Below are positions 1 to 9,436 of a stretch of DNA of 64,000 nucleotides, in pieces. Below the pieces are notes generated by a model that ran no database searches, was not told the DNA's origin, and saw only the letters and a program-made list of their open reading frames with translations. The first letter of the stretch is position 1. Each line of letters opens with the position of its first letter. Made by a program: the position numbers and the translations under genes. The stretch lies in contig CACKXR010000002.1 of the NCBI GenBank assembly GCA_902604175.1, forward strand, positions 5,750-69,749, given 5' to 3'. Source of the stretch: an uncultured Pelagibacteraceae bacterium. Its GTDB lineage: Bacteria > Pseudomonadota > Alphaproteobacteria > Pelagibacterales > Pelagibacteraceae.

Positions 1-567
1 AGAAACAAATTACCTAAAACTGTAGAGCTTTGGAATAAAAATATTTTAATTGCAGGATTTGGTAGAATAGGACAAGCCTTAATTAAAAGGTGTCTCGGTT
101 TTGAAATGAATGTTTTTGTTTTTGATCCTTTTGTTTCTAAAGAATTTATAGAAAAACGTGGCGGTACAAAAGTGGATAATTTAAGCGAAACCTCAAAAGA
201 TATGGATGTAATGTCACTTCACATTCCCCTGAATGATGAAACAAAAAATATAATTAATTATGAATTACTTAAATTTATGAAAAAGAATTGCATTATAATC
301 AATGCCGCCAGAGGAGGTATTGTAAACGAAGTTGATTTAGATAGAGCTTTAAACGAAAATTTAATCTTTGGTGCTGGTTTGGATGTATTTGAAACTGAAC
401 CTCCTGCTGAAAACAATCCTCTTTTAAAAAATAAGAAAGTTTTTTTGAGTCCACATACTGCAGCTTTCACAGAGGAATGTATGACAAGAATGGGTAAAGA
501 AACTATTCAAAATATATTTGATTTTTTTGACGGTAATTTAGAAAATTCAAAAAAAATAAAACTATAA
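1..567 (+). CDS. D-isomer-specific 2-hydroxyacid dehydrogenase (SerA-like), 5'-truncated by the window edge
   Basis: Frame is open from base 1 (RNKLPKTVELWNKNILIAGFGRIG, Rossmann GxGxxG). Family motifs SLHIPL, INAARGGIV, LDVFETEP and SPHTA are present. Confidence 0.9.
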   Translation, partial: RNKLPKTVELWNKNILIAGFGRIGQALIKRCLGFEMNVFVFDPFVSKEFIEKRGGTKVDNLSETSKDMDVMSLHIPLNDETKNIINYELLKFMKKNCIIINAARGGIVNEVDLDRALNENLIFGAGLDVFETEPPAENNPLLKNKKVFLSPHTAAFTEECMTRMGKETIQNIFDFFDGNLENSKKIKL

Positions 568-1461
568 AGCTATTTTAAGATCAATATCTGCACACACCTC
601 AGATAAATATTTGAAACCTTTTTTTGCATATTTTAAAGGATTTGCTTTAGCTGGATCTTGTTCTGCTTCTACAACTAACCAGCCTTTATAATCAATATTT
701 TTTAAATATTTTAGTAAAGGTTTGTAATCAATGCATCCGTCTCCTGGTACAGTAAAAGCTCCCTCTAAAAATGCCTTTCTAAAGCTCCAATCTTTTTGAA
801 GAGATTTATTTAAAATATCTTCTCTCATATCCTTACAGTGAATATGAATAATTCTATCTTTATAGTCTTCTGCTATTTTTTTAGAATTGCCCTTGGCAAA
901 TAGCATGTGACCAGTATCTAGTATTAATTTGACTTGGTCACTTGTGTTATCTAACAGTCTTTTTGTGTCGTCTTCTGTTTCGATAACTGTGCCCATGTGA
1001 TGATGATAAGCTAAAGGCATATCTTGGTCTTCTAAATATTTTCCCATTTCAGAAATTTTTTTACAATATTCATTCCATTCATTTTTATTCATTTGTGGTC
1101 TACTGGATAAGGGTCTATTTGGGTCTCCAGCAATAGAGTCTGATACTTCAGCAAATACAATACATGGTGCTTTACAATCTTGAAAAAGTTTTAGTTGCTC
1201 TTGAATTAATATAATTTCATCCTTTACAGAATTTTTTCTCAAATTTGCACTGTACCAGCCTGAACACAACTTTAGTTTATATTTTTGTAACAATGGAATG
1301 AGTTCCTCTGATTTTTTTGGAAATTTCCCTCCAGACTCTATTCCAGAAAAACCTGCTTCACTTGCTTCTGATAAACACTGTTCCAAAGGTGTTTCACCAC
1401 CAAGTTCAGGCATGTCGTCATTGCTCCATGCTATTGGTGCTATTCCTAATTTTACTGACAT
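562..1461 (-). CDS. iolE: myo-inosose-2 dehydratase (IolE/MocC)
   Basis: GIAPIAWSNDD, HHHMGT, LDTGH, HIHCKD, FTVPGDG and VEAEQDP motifs. Start moved to the ATG at 1461 (MSVKLGIAP). Confidence 0.93.
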   Translation of the reverse strand: MSVKLGIAPIAWSNDDMPELGGETPLEQCLSEASEAGFSGIESGGKFPKKSEELIPLLQKYKLKLCSGWYSANLRKNSVKDEIILIQEQLKLFQDCKAPCIVFAEVSDSIAGDPNRPLSSRPQMNKNEWNEYCKKISEMGKYLEDQDMPLAYHHHMGTVIETEDDTKRLLDNTSDQVKLILDTGHMLFAKGNSKKIAEDYKDRIIHIHCKDMREDILNKSLQKDWSFRKAFLEGAFTVPGDGCIDYKPLLKYLKNIDYKGWLVVEAEQDPAKANPLKYAKKGFKYLSEVCADIDLKIAL

Positions 1462-1500
1462 AATACTTATATTTGTTATGATATATAAAATCATAATCTA

Positions 1501-2637
1501 ATGAATACAAATAAATTATCCTTAGGTATTGTTGGTGGAGGTCCAAAATCTTGGATAGGTCATGTCCATCGAATTTCTGCAAGATTTGATGACAAGTACG
1601 AAATAGTAGCTGGTGTATTTTCAAGAAATGCAAAATTATCAATTAACTTTGGAAAAAGTTTAGGTATCTCTAAAGATAGATGCTATTCAACTTTTAAAGA
1701 GATGGCTTTAAAAGAGTCAAAAAGAAATGACGGTATTCAAGTAGTCTCGATAATGACGCCCCCATCAAGTCATCAAATTATTGCTGAAAAATTTATTGAA
1801 AAAAATATAAATATTATCTCGGATAAACCATTTGCTGGTAATCTAGACCAAGCCAAAAAACTTTATAAAAAAATAAAATCAAATAAAAAAATTAAATATG
1901 CTTTAACTCATAACTACTCAGCCTACCCAATGGTTAGAGAAGCCAAAGTTTTAATAGAAAAAGGTAAAATTGGAAAAATTGAATATGTGAATGTTGAATA
2001 TATCCAAGATTGGTCTGATGGAACAAAAATTAATGTAAGAAATGCCAAAAAAAAACTAAAATGGAAAATAGATAATAAAATAGTTGGTGCATCTGCTGTT
2101 CTTAATGAAATTGGAACTCATGCTTACCATTTAGCTACATATATTTCAGGACTAAAGGGAGAAAAAATTTTTGCTGACATTAAACAAATTTCAAAAAAAA
2201 TAAAAATGGATGATAACGCGCAAGTAATGATTAATTTTACAAACGGTGCAAAAGGTATGTTTTGGACAAGCGTCATGGCTAAAGGTGGAGTTTATGGTCT
2301 TAGAATTAGAGTATTTGGTTCTAAAGGAAGCTTAGAGTGGGTTCAAAATGACCCAAATTACCTAAAATTAAATCCAGATAAGGGCGCAGTAAGATACCTT
2401 GAAAGAGGTTTTCATAATGCTGAGCTTTCAAAAAAATTCTCAAGAATAAAATTCGGACACCCAGAAGGATATTTAGATGCATTTGCAAATATTTATAGAG
2501 AATTTGCTGAGTCCTTAAAAAATAAATCAAAAAAAAGATATTTTTATCCAAATGAGGATGAGGGATTGGAAACAGCAAAATTTATAAATGCTTGTAAAGT
2601 TTCATCAAAAAATAAAAGATGGGTCAAAATCAAATAA
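1501..2637 (+). CDS. Gfo/Idh/MocA family oxidoreductase
   Basis: GIVGGG..SWIGHVHR, SDKP, HNYSAYPMV, EIGTHAYH and GHPEGYLDAFANIY motifs; inositol-cluster context. Confidence 0.9.
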   Translation: MNTNKLSLGIVGGGPKSWIGHVHRISARFDDKYEIVAGVFSRNAKLSINFGKSLGISKDRCYSTFKEMALKESKRNDGIQVVSIMTPPSSHQIIAEKFIEKNINIISDKPFAGNLDQAKKLYKKIKSNKKIKYALTHNYSAYPMVREAKVLIEKGKIGKIEYVNVEYIQDWSDGTKINVRNAKKKLKWKIDNKIVGASAVLNEIGTHAYHLATYISGLKGEKIFADIKQISKKIKMDDNAQVMINFTNGAKGMFWTSVMAKGGVYGLRIRVFGSKGSLEWVQNDPNYLKLNPDKGAVRYLERGFHNAELSKKFSRIKFGHPEGYLDAFANIYREFAESLKNKSKKRYFYPNEDEGLETAKFINACKVSSKNKRWVKIK

Positions 2638-3632
2638 ATATTGCATTACTTGGTCTTGGGAGAATAGGCCAAATGCATGCCTTAAATTTAATTAATAATC
2701 CAGAATTCAATTTAAAATATACATTTGATATTGATAAAAATTTAAATAAAAAATTAGGAAAAAAATATAAGTCAATTCCTATTAATAATCCCAATGTTGC
2801 ATTCAATGATAAGAGCATTAAATGTATTTTTATATCCACAAGTACTAAGACACATTTAAATTATATTGATAAAGCAGTTAGAAATAAAAAAGTTGTATTC
2901 TGTGAAAAACCTTTAGATTTAAGTTTAAAAAAAATTGATGAATATAAAAAAAAACTTTCTAAGTTCCATCCAAAGATTCAAATTGGTTTTAATAGAAGAT
3001 ATGATGCAGGACATAATTCTTTGAAAAAAAATCTTGTTAATGGAAAAATTGGAAAATTAGAAAAAATAATAATAACAAGTCGGGACCCTGCACCTCCTTC
3101 AACAGATTACTTGAAAAATTCTGGTGGTATTTTTAAAGATATGATGATCCACGACTTTGATTTAGCAAGATATTATGTAGGCTCAGATGAGTTTAAACAT
3201 TTATTTGCAACAGGTGAATACTTTAAAGATAAAAAATATAAAAAAGTAAAAGATTTAGAATTAGCTACAGTGGTAATGAAAACAAGGAAAGGTGTACAGT
3301 GTGTAATAACAAATTCAAGACATTGTAGTTTTGGTTATGATCAAAGAGTTGAGTTATTTGGTAGTAAAGGGATGGTAATATCTGAAAATCAAAGAGATTT
3401 AGAAACAACATCCTATTTTAAAAATTCAACAGGTAGTAAACGATCTTTTAAAAATTTTTTTATCGAGAGATATTCAGAAGCATTTAAAAACCAATTAAGA
3501 GACTTAGCAAAATTTTGTAAAAAAAACATTAAACCACGAGCAAATTTTGAAGATGGAAGAATTTCAGTGATATTAGCTGAAACAGCGAATAAATCTTTAA
3601 AAACAAAAAAATTTGAGCTGATTAAATTTTAA
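2619..3632 (+). CDS. iolG: myo-inositol 2-dehydrogenase
   Basis: GLGRIG, CEKP, GFNRRYD, ITSRDP, GGIFKDMMIHDFD and GYDQRVE motifs. Confidence 0.9.
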   Translation: MGQNQINIALLGLGRIGQMHALNLINNPEFNLKYTFDIDKNLNKKLGKKYKSIPINNPNVAFNDKSIKCIFISTSTKTHLNYIDKAVRNKKVVFCEKPLDLSLKKIDEYKKKLSKFHPKIQIGFNRRYDAGHNSLKKNLVNGKIGKLEKIIITSRDPAPPSTDYLKNSGGIFKDMMIHDFDLARYYVGSDEFKHLFATGEYFKDKKYKKVKDLELATVVMKTRKGVQCVITNSRHCSFGYDQRVELFGSKGMVISENQRDLETTSYFKNSTGSKRSFKNFFIERYSEAFKNQLRDLAKFCKKNIKPRANFEDGRISVILAETANKSLKTKKFELIKF

Positions 3633-3677
3633 ACCGTCACATTGATTTTATAGATTTATAATATAATTAATTTAGCT

Positions 3678-4268
3678 ATGAAAAATATTAAGCCATTTGG
3701 TCCCTCAATTGGAAAAGCAAAAATATCTAAAAGGTTTATAAATAAACTAAATGAGGAATTTGATAAAAAATCAAATAATAAAAAAATTGATTATAGTTCA
3801 AAATTAGCTAGTCAAATAAATAATGAAATAAAGATTTCAAATAATTTTATTAAAAAATATTTATTTAAAGAGCTAAGAATAAATATCAAAAAATTTTTAG
3901 CCAATGAACAAATTAAAAATATAAAAGAAGTAAAAATTCTTAATCTTTGGGTTGTTAGACAATTTAAGGGTGAGTATAACCCTATCCATTATCATACTGG
4001 CGATTTGTCTGGAGTTGGATATTTAACTTTGCCAAAAAATATGACAAAAAATAATTTAGTTAAAAATAAAAAAATTAAAACCAATGGAACAATTGACTTT
4101 ATAAATGGACAAAAAGCATTTCTTAGTAATAGTATTTATAATCTAATTCCAAAAATTGGAGACTTAATAATATTTCCAAACTATCTGATGCATACTGCCT
4201 ATCCATTTAACATAAATGGAGAAAGACGATCATTTTCTTTTAATGTAGAAATTATTTTTAAAAAATAA
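3678..4268 (+). CDS. putative 2OG-Fe(II) oxygenase (TIGR02466-like)
   Basis: W..Q..GEYNPIHYH..LSGVGYL, then IFPNYLMH..YPF and ERRSFSFN: the double-stranded beta-helix pattern. Confidence 0.75.
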   Translation: MKNIKPFGPSIGKAKISKRFINKLNEEFDKKSNNKKIDYSSKLASQINNEIKISNNFIKKYLFKELRINIKKFLANEQIKNIKEVKILNLWVVRQFKGEYNPIHYHTGDLSGVGYLTLPKNMTKNNLVKNKKIKTNGTIDFINGQKAFLSNSIYNLIPKIGDLIIFPNYLMHTAYPFNINGERRSFSFNVEIIFKK

Positions 4269-5186
4269 ATGGATACGGATTTTTTTAAAAATATTAGAAT
4301 TTTGGATGGCGGTATGGGGCAACAGCTATTAGCCAAAGGGTTAATTTCGAAAGGTACATTGTGGTCCGCTAGTGCTAATTTAGATAAAAAATTTCATGAT
4401 CTGGTTGTTGACGTACACTTATCATTTATAAATGCTGGATCTGAGGTGATACTTACCAATACCTTTTCTGCAAGAAAAATTAGATTAATACAAAATAAAG
4501 TTGACAAAGACTTTGTATATATAAACGAACAAGCTTGTTTATTATCTATTAAAGCAAAGGAAAAATCTGGAAAGGATGTTTTAATTGCTGGTAGCTTACC
4601 ATGTCAGAATGATACTTATGTAGAAGATCAAAGAGATAGCAAAGAATTACAAAAAGCATTTTATGAACAAGCTGAGGTTATCGCTCCCTATGTAGATTTT
4701 TTTTACTTAGATGTTGTTTCAAGTGGAAGAGAAATAGATATAGCATCAAACGTTGCAGTTAAATTAAATAAACCTGTTCTTTTGGGTATTCATGTTAAAA
4801 AAAATAATTTACTCCCGTCAAATGAAACTATAACTGAAGTCTTGAATAAATATAGAAGTAATAATTGGCTAGGAGTAATTACAGCATGCGTTTCTCCAAA
4901 AATTGCTGAAGAGTGCACCTCTGAAATTAAAAAGTTAGATATCCCGTTTGGGTTTAAAGCCAACCTTTGGAAAGTGGAAGAACCAACTCCAGTTCAAACT
5001 TTTAATAAGGCTAAACCTGATGAAATAGGTACTAATCCGAATGTTGCTCTTGGGAAAAGAGACAACAATTCAGCTAAAAAATTCTATGATTTTTCGAAAA
5101 GACTTGTTGAACAAGGGGCAACAATTCTAGGTGGATGTTGCGAAACAACACCAGAGGATATTAGAGAAATTGCTAAACTAAGATAA
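4269..5186 (+). CDS. mmuM: homocysteine S-methyltransferase family protein (MmuM-like)
   Basis: ILDGGMG, LWSA, FINAGSEVILTNTF, a Zn-ligand Cys (ITAC) and GGCC. Confidence 0.8.
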   Translation: MDTDFFKNIRILDGGMGQQLLAKGLISKGTLWSASANLDKKFHDLVVDVHLSFINAGSEVILTNTFSARKIRLIQNKVDKDFVYINEQACLLSIKAKEKSGKDVLIAGSLPCQNDTYVEDQRDSKELQKAFYEQAEVIAPYVDFFYLDVVSSGREIDIASNVAVKLNKPVLLGIHVKKNNLLPSNETITEVLNKYRSNNWLGVITACVSPKIAEECTSEIKKLDIPFGFKANLWKVEEPTPVQTFNKAKPDEIGTNPNVALGKRDNNSAKKFYDFSKRLVEQGATILGGCCETTPEDIREIAKLR

Positions 5187-6065
5187 TTTTTTTCTATCAG
5201 CTCTTCGAACAAAATAAATACCCATACAAACTGCAGTCAAAGAAATTAAGACTTTAATTGTTATTAATTCTTTTAAGAATATGTATCCTAGAATTGTTCC
5301 AAAAATTGGTATTAAATAAGATACCTGGGATTGAAAAATCAAACCATTATCTTTTAGTATTTTAAACCTTAATAGCCATGCAATTCCTGTTGGAACAATG
5401 CCTAGATAAATTACAGATATTAATGAGTCTGTTCTTGGCACTACCTGCCACGGTTGTTCAATTAATGATACCAATGGTATTAAAATAATTGTTGCCCAGA
5501 TTAATATCGAACCTGTCACATTTTCGTTTTTTTTCTTACTAATTTTTAAAGTTAATACACCACCAATAACATAACATGTTGAACCCAACAAAATTAATAA
5601 AGCCGAAGTAAAATTATTTTGATCAATTAAAAGATTGTCTGAAAATAAAAAAATTATTCCAGAAAAACCGATTAAAATTCCAAACGTTTTGACTAAATTA
5701 AATTTTTCATTTTTTGTATAAAAATGACCTAGTATGGTAGAACTCAGTGGTGTCGTTGACATTAAGATTGCAGCAAGATTACTTTGAACAGATTTTACTC
5801 CATAGGCAATTAGAAAGAATGGTGCAACCAAATTTATAAAACCAATTATAGCAAACCAATGCCAATCTTTAGAAAAAGCCTCAATTTTTATTTTTTTATA
5901 GTAGCAAAGAAGTATAACTGGAATTGCTCCAAAAAATACTCGTAGGAAAGCGATTGTAACTGGACCAAATGAATAAGTTGCTATTTTTATATTAAAAAAT
6001 GCGGATGCCCATATTAAAGATAATATGGTTAATAAAGCATAATCAATTATTTTTGGTTGTCTCAT
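5178..6065 (-). CDS. DMT/EamA family transporter
   Basis: About 10 hydrophobic segments with a duplicated EamA pattern (IWASAF, LRVFFGA, SYLIPIFG). Confidence 0.85.
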   Translation of the reverse strand: MRQPKIIDYALLTILSLIWASAFFNIKIATYSFGPVTIAFLRVFFGAIPVILLCYYKKIKIEAFSKDWHWFAIIGFINLVAPFFLIAYGVKSVQSNLAAILMSTTPLSSTILGHFYTKNEKFNLVKTFGILIGFSGIIFLFSDNLLIDQNNFTSALLILLGSTCYVIGGVLTLKISKKKNENVTGSILIWATIILIPLVSLIEQPWQVVPRTDSLISVIYLGIVPTGIAWLLRFKILKDNGLIFQSQVSYLIPIFGTILGYIFLKELITIKVLISLTAVCMGIYFVRRADRKKLS

Positions 6066-6544
6066 TCAGTTAGATCATCTATTTCTGCACCAGTTAATCT
6101 TTTTAATTCCACATAGCTAATACCAAAAACTGCATTAGGATGGCCTGCAGCAGCAAAAACTTTAGAAAATCTTCCTAAGTTTTCATCTATAAACATTTTA
6201 ATTTTAACTAAATGACCGATGGGAGACACTCCTCCAATTGTATAACCAGTAATAAGTTTGACCTCTTCGGGCTTTGCCATTGATACGTCTTTTTCACTCA
6301 ATTTTTTTTTTAATTTATTTAGAGAACATCTTTTATCTCCTGATACCAAACAAAGACAAAATGTTTCGCCAGTTTTGAAAAGCAAGCTTTTAACAATTGC
6401 TCCCACATTACAACCTAAAGCTGTAGCCGCATCATTTGCTGTTCTTGCTGTATCCTCTAAAATTATAACTTTTAAATTTGGGTCAAATTTTTTAAGAATT
6501 TTTTCTGCTCTTTTAACTGGTTCTTTATTTAATATGGAGTTCAC
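6062..6544 (-). CDS. YbaK/EbsC family aminoacyl-tRNA deacylase
   Basis: IVKSLLF, TGYTIGGVSPIG and AAAGHP motifs. Confidence 0.9.
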   Translation of the reverse strand: MNSILNKEPVKRAEKILKKFDPNLKVIILEDTARTANDAATALGCNVGAIVKSLLFKTGETFCLCLVSGDKRCSLNKLKKKLSEKDVSMAKPEEVKLITGYTIGGVSPIGHLVKIKMFIDENLGRFSKVFAAAGHPNAVFGISYVELKRLTGAEIDDLTE

Positions 6545-6569
6545 TTATATAAATTAATGATTAATAATA

Positions 6570-6607
6570 TTGATTAAATACACTACTTATGTGAAAATTG
6601 CATAAGT
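6570..6607 (+). promoter_or_regulatory. candidate glnA sigma70 promoter with an overlapping palindrome
   Basis: TTGATT (6570-6575)-N17-GAAAAT (6593-6598). The inverted repeat ACTTATG-N9-CATAAGT (6585-6607) spans the -10 element. Confidence 0.4.
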
Positions 6608-6682
6608 GTTATTTAGTAAATAAGCAATATTTAGAGTGGTTTATTTGGTAACTAATGCTCTAATATTTACATAGGAGACATA

Positions 6683-8089
6683 ATGAGTGCAGCAAATGTA
6701 TTAAAATTTATCAAGGAAAAAGAGGCAGAATTTGTAGATTTAAGATTCACAGATCCTAGAGGAAAGCTTCAACATTTAACTATGGATGTAACAGTTGTGG
6801 ATGAAGGTATGTTAAATGAAGGTGTTTTTTTTGATGGATCATCTATCGCTGGTTGGAAAGCAATCAACGAGTCTGACATGATTTTAAAACCAGATACATC
6901 AAGAATGTTTATGGATCCTTTTACATCGCATAATACTGTTGTGATATTTTGTGATATTTTAGATGCTGTTAAAAAAACTCCTTATGAAAGAGATCCACGT
7001 GGCGTTGCAAAAAAAGCAGAGGCTTATTTGAAAGAGTCTGGCATTGGAGATAAGGCTTTTTTTGGACCAGAACCCGAATTTTTTGTTTTTGATGATGTTA
7101 AAATTAAAAATGATATGAATGATTGTGGCTTTGTAATCGATAGTAAGGAAGGCCCGTATAATTCAGGTAAAGAATATGAAAATGGAAACATGGGTCATAG
7201 ACCAGGTATCAAAGGAGGTTACTTTCCTGTACCACCTGTAGATAGTGAGCAGGACATGAGGGGAGAATATCTTAAAAATTTAAAAGAAGTGGGTATTAAA
7301 GTTGAAAAACATCACCATGAAGTGGCACCGAGCCAACATGAACTTGGAATGTATTTTGGAACTTTAGTTGACCAAGCTGATAATGTTCAATTATATAAAT
7401 ATGTAGTACAAATGGTTACGCACTCATTTGGTAAAACAGCTACTTTTATGCCAAAGCCTGTTGCTGGAGATAACGGCTCTGGAATGCATACACACCAATC
7501 AATTTGGAAAGGTGATACGCCCGTATTTTCTGGGGATGGTTACGCCGGATTATCAGAAACTGCACTGCACTATATCGGTGGTATATTAAAACATGCAAAA
7601 GCAATCAATGCTTTTGCTAATGCAACTACAAACAGTTATAAAAGATTAATTCCAGGATTTGAGGCACCTGTTCTTCTTGCTTATTCTGCAAGAAATAGAT
7701 CAGCTTCTTGCCGTATACCAATTACTTTAAGTAAAAAAGGTGCAAGATGTGAAATTCGTTTCCCAGATGCTTCTGGTAATCCATATTTAACATTTGCAGC
7801 AATGCTTATGGCCGGAATTGATGGGATTAAAAATAAAATTCATCCAGGCGAATCTTTTGATAAAGATTTATACGAATTACCACCAGAAGAGGTAAAATCT
7901 ATCCCTACAGTTTGTGGCTCATTAAGAGAAGCAATGGAAAATTTAGATAAAGATAGAGAATTTTTAACACAAGGTGGTGTATTTACTGATGACCAAATTG
8001 ATGCTTATATTGCGTTGAAATTTGAGGAAATACACAAGTTTGAACATGCACCTCACCCAGTAGAGTTTGAGATGTACTATAGCTGCTAA
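6683..8089 (+). CDS. glnA: glutamine synthetase type I
   Basis: FDGSSI, GPEPEFF, KGGYFPV, HHHEVA, FMPKP, NGSGMH, RNRSA, EIRFPD and DLYELP motifs; SD AGGAG at 6673-6677. Confidence 0.99.
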   Translation: MSAANVLKFIKEKEAEFVDLRFTDPRGKLQHLTMDVTVVDEGMLNEGVFFDGSSIAGWKAINESDMILKPDTSRMFMDPFTSHNTVVIFCDILDAVKKTPYERDPRGVAKKAEAYLKESGIGDKAFFGPEPEFFVFDDVKIKNDMNDCGFVIDSKEGPYNSGKEYENGNMGHRPGIKGGYFPVPPVDSEQDMRGEYLKNLKEVGIKVEKHHHEVAPSQHELGMYFGTLVDQADNVQLYKYVVQMVTHSFGKTATFMPKPVAGDNGSGMHTHQSIWKGDTPVFSGDGYAGLSETALHYIGGILKHAKAINAFANATTNSYKRLIPGFEAPVLLAYSARNRSASCRIPITLSKKGARCEIRFPDASGNPYLTFAAMLMAGIDGIKNKIHPGESFDKDLYELPPEEVKSIPTVCGSLREAMENLDKDREFLTQGGVFTDDQIDAYIALKFEEIHKFEHAPHPVEFEMYYSC

Positions 8090-8098
8090 AAGATTTAA

Positions 8099-8269
8099 CT
8101 ACTGTTTTGTTGTAGCTATACTATTCTTGTTCATACCTTTTTTAAGAACGTAATTCTGTGTGCCATTAGCACCAGTATCCACTTCTTTTCTAAGATCTTT
8201 AAAAAATGATTTCTCTTTTAAAGAATTTTTTAAGTTTTTAACAAGATATTTAAACTCAAATGTATTCAT
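8099..8269 (-). CDS. small hypothetical protein (56 aa)
   Basis: Read manually: ATG at 8269 to TAG at 8099, MNTFEFKYLVKNLKNSLKEKSFFKDLRKEVDTGANGTQNYVLKKGMNKNSIATTKQ. It fills an otherwise unusually long gap and is below the ORF-track cutoff. Confidence 0.65.
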   Translation of the reverse strand: MNTFEFKYLVKNLKNSLKEKSFFKDLRKEVDTGANGTQNYVLKKGMNKNSIATTKQ

Positions 8270-8334
8270 TACTAAGCCTTATCCCAGATATGCAAAAAAT
8301 GCAAATCTGATATGCTCAAAATGGGATTGTTAAC

Positions 8335-8670
8335 CTATGATGTTTTAAATGACTCACCGCAGCCACAACGCTCGGTTTCATTAGGGTTATTAAAAACAAA
8401 CGTTGAGGATAACTCCTCTCTCTTATAATCCATTTCAGTTCCTAAAAGATACATAATAGCAGCAGAGTCTACGAATACCTTCACACCCTTATCTTCAATT
8501 ATTTCATCATTTGGATTAAGTTCTTTTGTATATTCCATAACATAAGACATCCCTGCACAACCACCAGATTTAACAGATACTCTTACTCCAAGAGAATCTT
8601 TTTCTGCATTAGCCATTATCTCTTTAATTCTAGATGCAGCGTTATCACTTAATTTAATTATTTGAGACAT
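8335..8670 (-). CDS. sufA: A-type Fe-S carrier (SufA/IscA, HesB family)
   Basis: GGCAGMSY and CGCGESF motifs; last gene of the suf operon. Confidence 0.92.
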   Translation of the reverse strand: MSQIIKLSDNAASRIKEIMANAEKDSLGVRVSVKSGGCAGMSYVMEYTKELNPNDEIIEDKGVKVFVDSAAIMYLLGTEMDYKREELSSTFVFNNPNETERCGCGESFKTS

Positions 8671-8969
8671 TATAAATTCAATTCTAATTTAGCTGCCTCT
8701 GACATCATGTCTTTGGTCCATGGTGGATCCCATACTAATTCTAAATCAACCTCTTCAATCCCCTCTACTTGCATTGCCCCTTCTTTAACTTCTTTAGGTA
8801 AACTTTCTGCTACAGGGCAATTTGGTGTTGTCAAAGTCATTTTAATTTTGGCAGATTTATCATTTTCAACTTTTATATCATAAATTAAACCTAATTCATA
8901 AATATTAACAGGTAGCTCAGGATCATAAATTTTTTTTATTTCCTCTATAATTAATTCTCTCTTAGACAT
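8670..8969 (-). CDS. sufT: SUF system Fe-S assembly protein (DUF59/SufT)
   Basis: DPELPVNIYELGLIY, TLTTPNCP and VWDPPW motifs. Confidence 0.88.
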   Translation of the reverse strand: MSKRELIIEEIKKIYDPELPVNIYELGLIYDIKVENDKSAKIKMTLTTPNCPVAESLPKEVKEGAMQVEGIEEVDLELVWDPPWTKDMMSEAAKLELNL

Positions 8970-8971
8970 AA

Positions 8972-9436
8972 TTAATTCTCTGTTTTTACTTCTTCTTTTT
9001 TATTCTCAAATGCTGAAACCAATGTATGCCATGAAAGTGTAGCACACTTCACTCTCATTGGATATTGCTTAACACCTGACAAACACATTAATTTAGTTTT
9101 TTCATCATCTTGTAAATATTCTGATTTTAATTCTGGATTTTCTTTAATCATTTGTAAAAAATCTTCGACAATTTCTTTAGCTTCGTTTTCATTTTTACCT
9201 TTAATTAAATCTGTCATAATTGAAGCTGAAGCCATTGAGATAGCACAACCACTTCCTTCAAATGAAATATCTTCCACTATTTTTTGACCATTTAATTTTA
9301 AATAAACGTGAACATTATCTCCACATAAAGGATTGTTACCTTTTGCATCTTTATTAAAGTCATCTGTCTTACCAAGATTTCTTGGATTTTTACCATGCTC
9401 TAAAATAATTTCTTGATATAATTCTTTTAAATTCAT
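8972..9436 (-). CDS. sufU: SUF system NifU-family sulfur-transfer protein SufU
   Basis: NPLCGD, GCAISMASAS and RVKCA motifs; no IscU LPPVK motif; directly follows sufS. Confidence 0.9.
   Translation of the reverse strand: MNLKELYQEIILEHGKNPRNLGKTDDFNKDAKGNNPLCGDNVHVYLKLNGQKIVEDISFEGSGCAISMASASIMTDLIKGKNENEAKEIVEDFLQMIKENPELKSEYLQDDEKTKLMCLSGVKQYPMRVKCATLSWHTLVSAFENKKEEVKTEN

Noticed and set aside
3618-3685. Faint resemblance to a SAM-II/SAM-V riboswitch (GCTGATT...AACCGT...ATTG...TAGCTA..AAAAA) upstream of the oxygenase-methyltransferase pair
   Set aside because: No P1 helix or TTGC pseudoknot partner is present, the spacing is wrong and it overlaps both flanking CDSs. An Infernal/Rfam scan would settle it.
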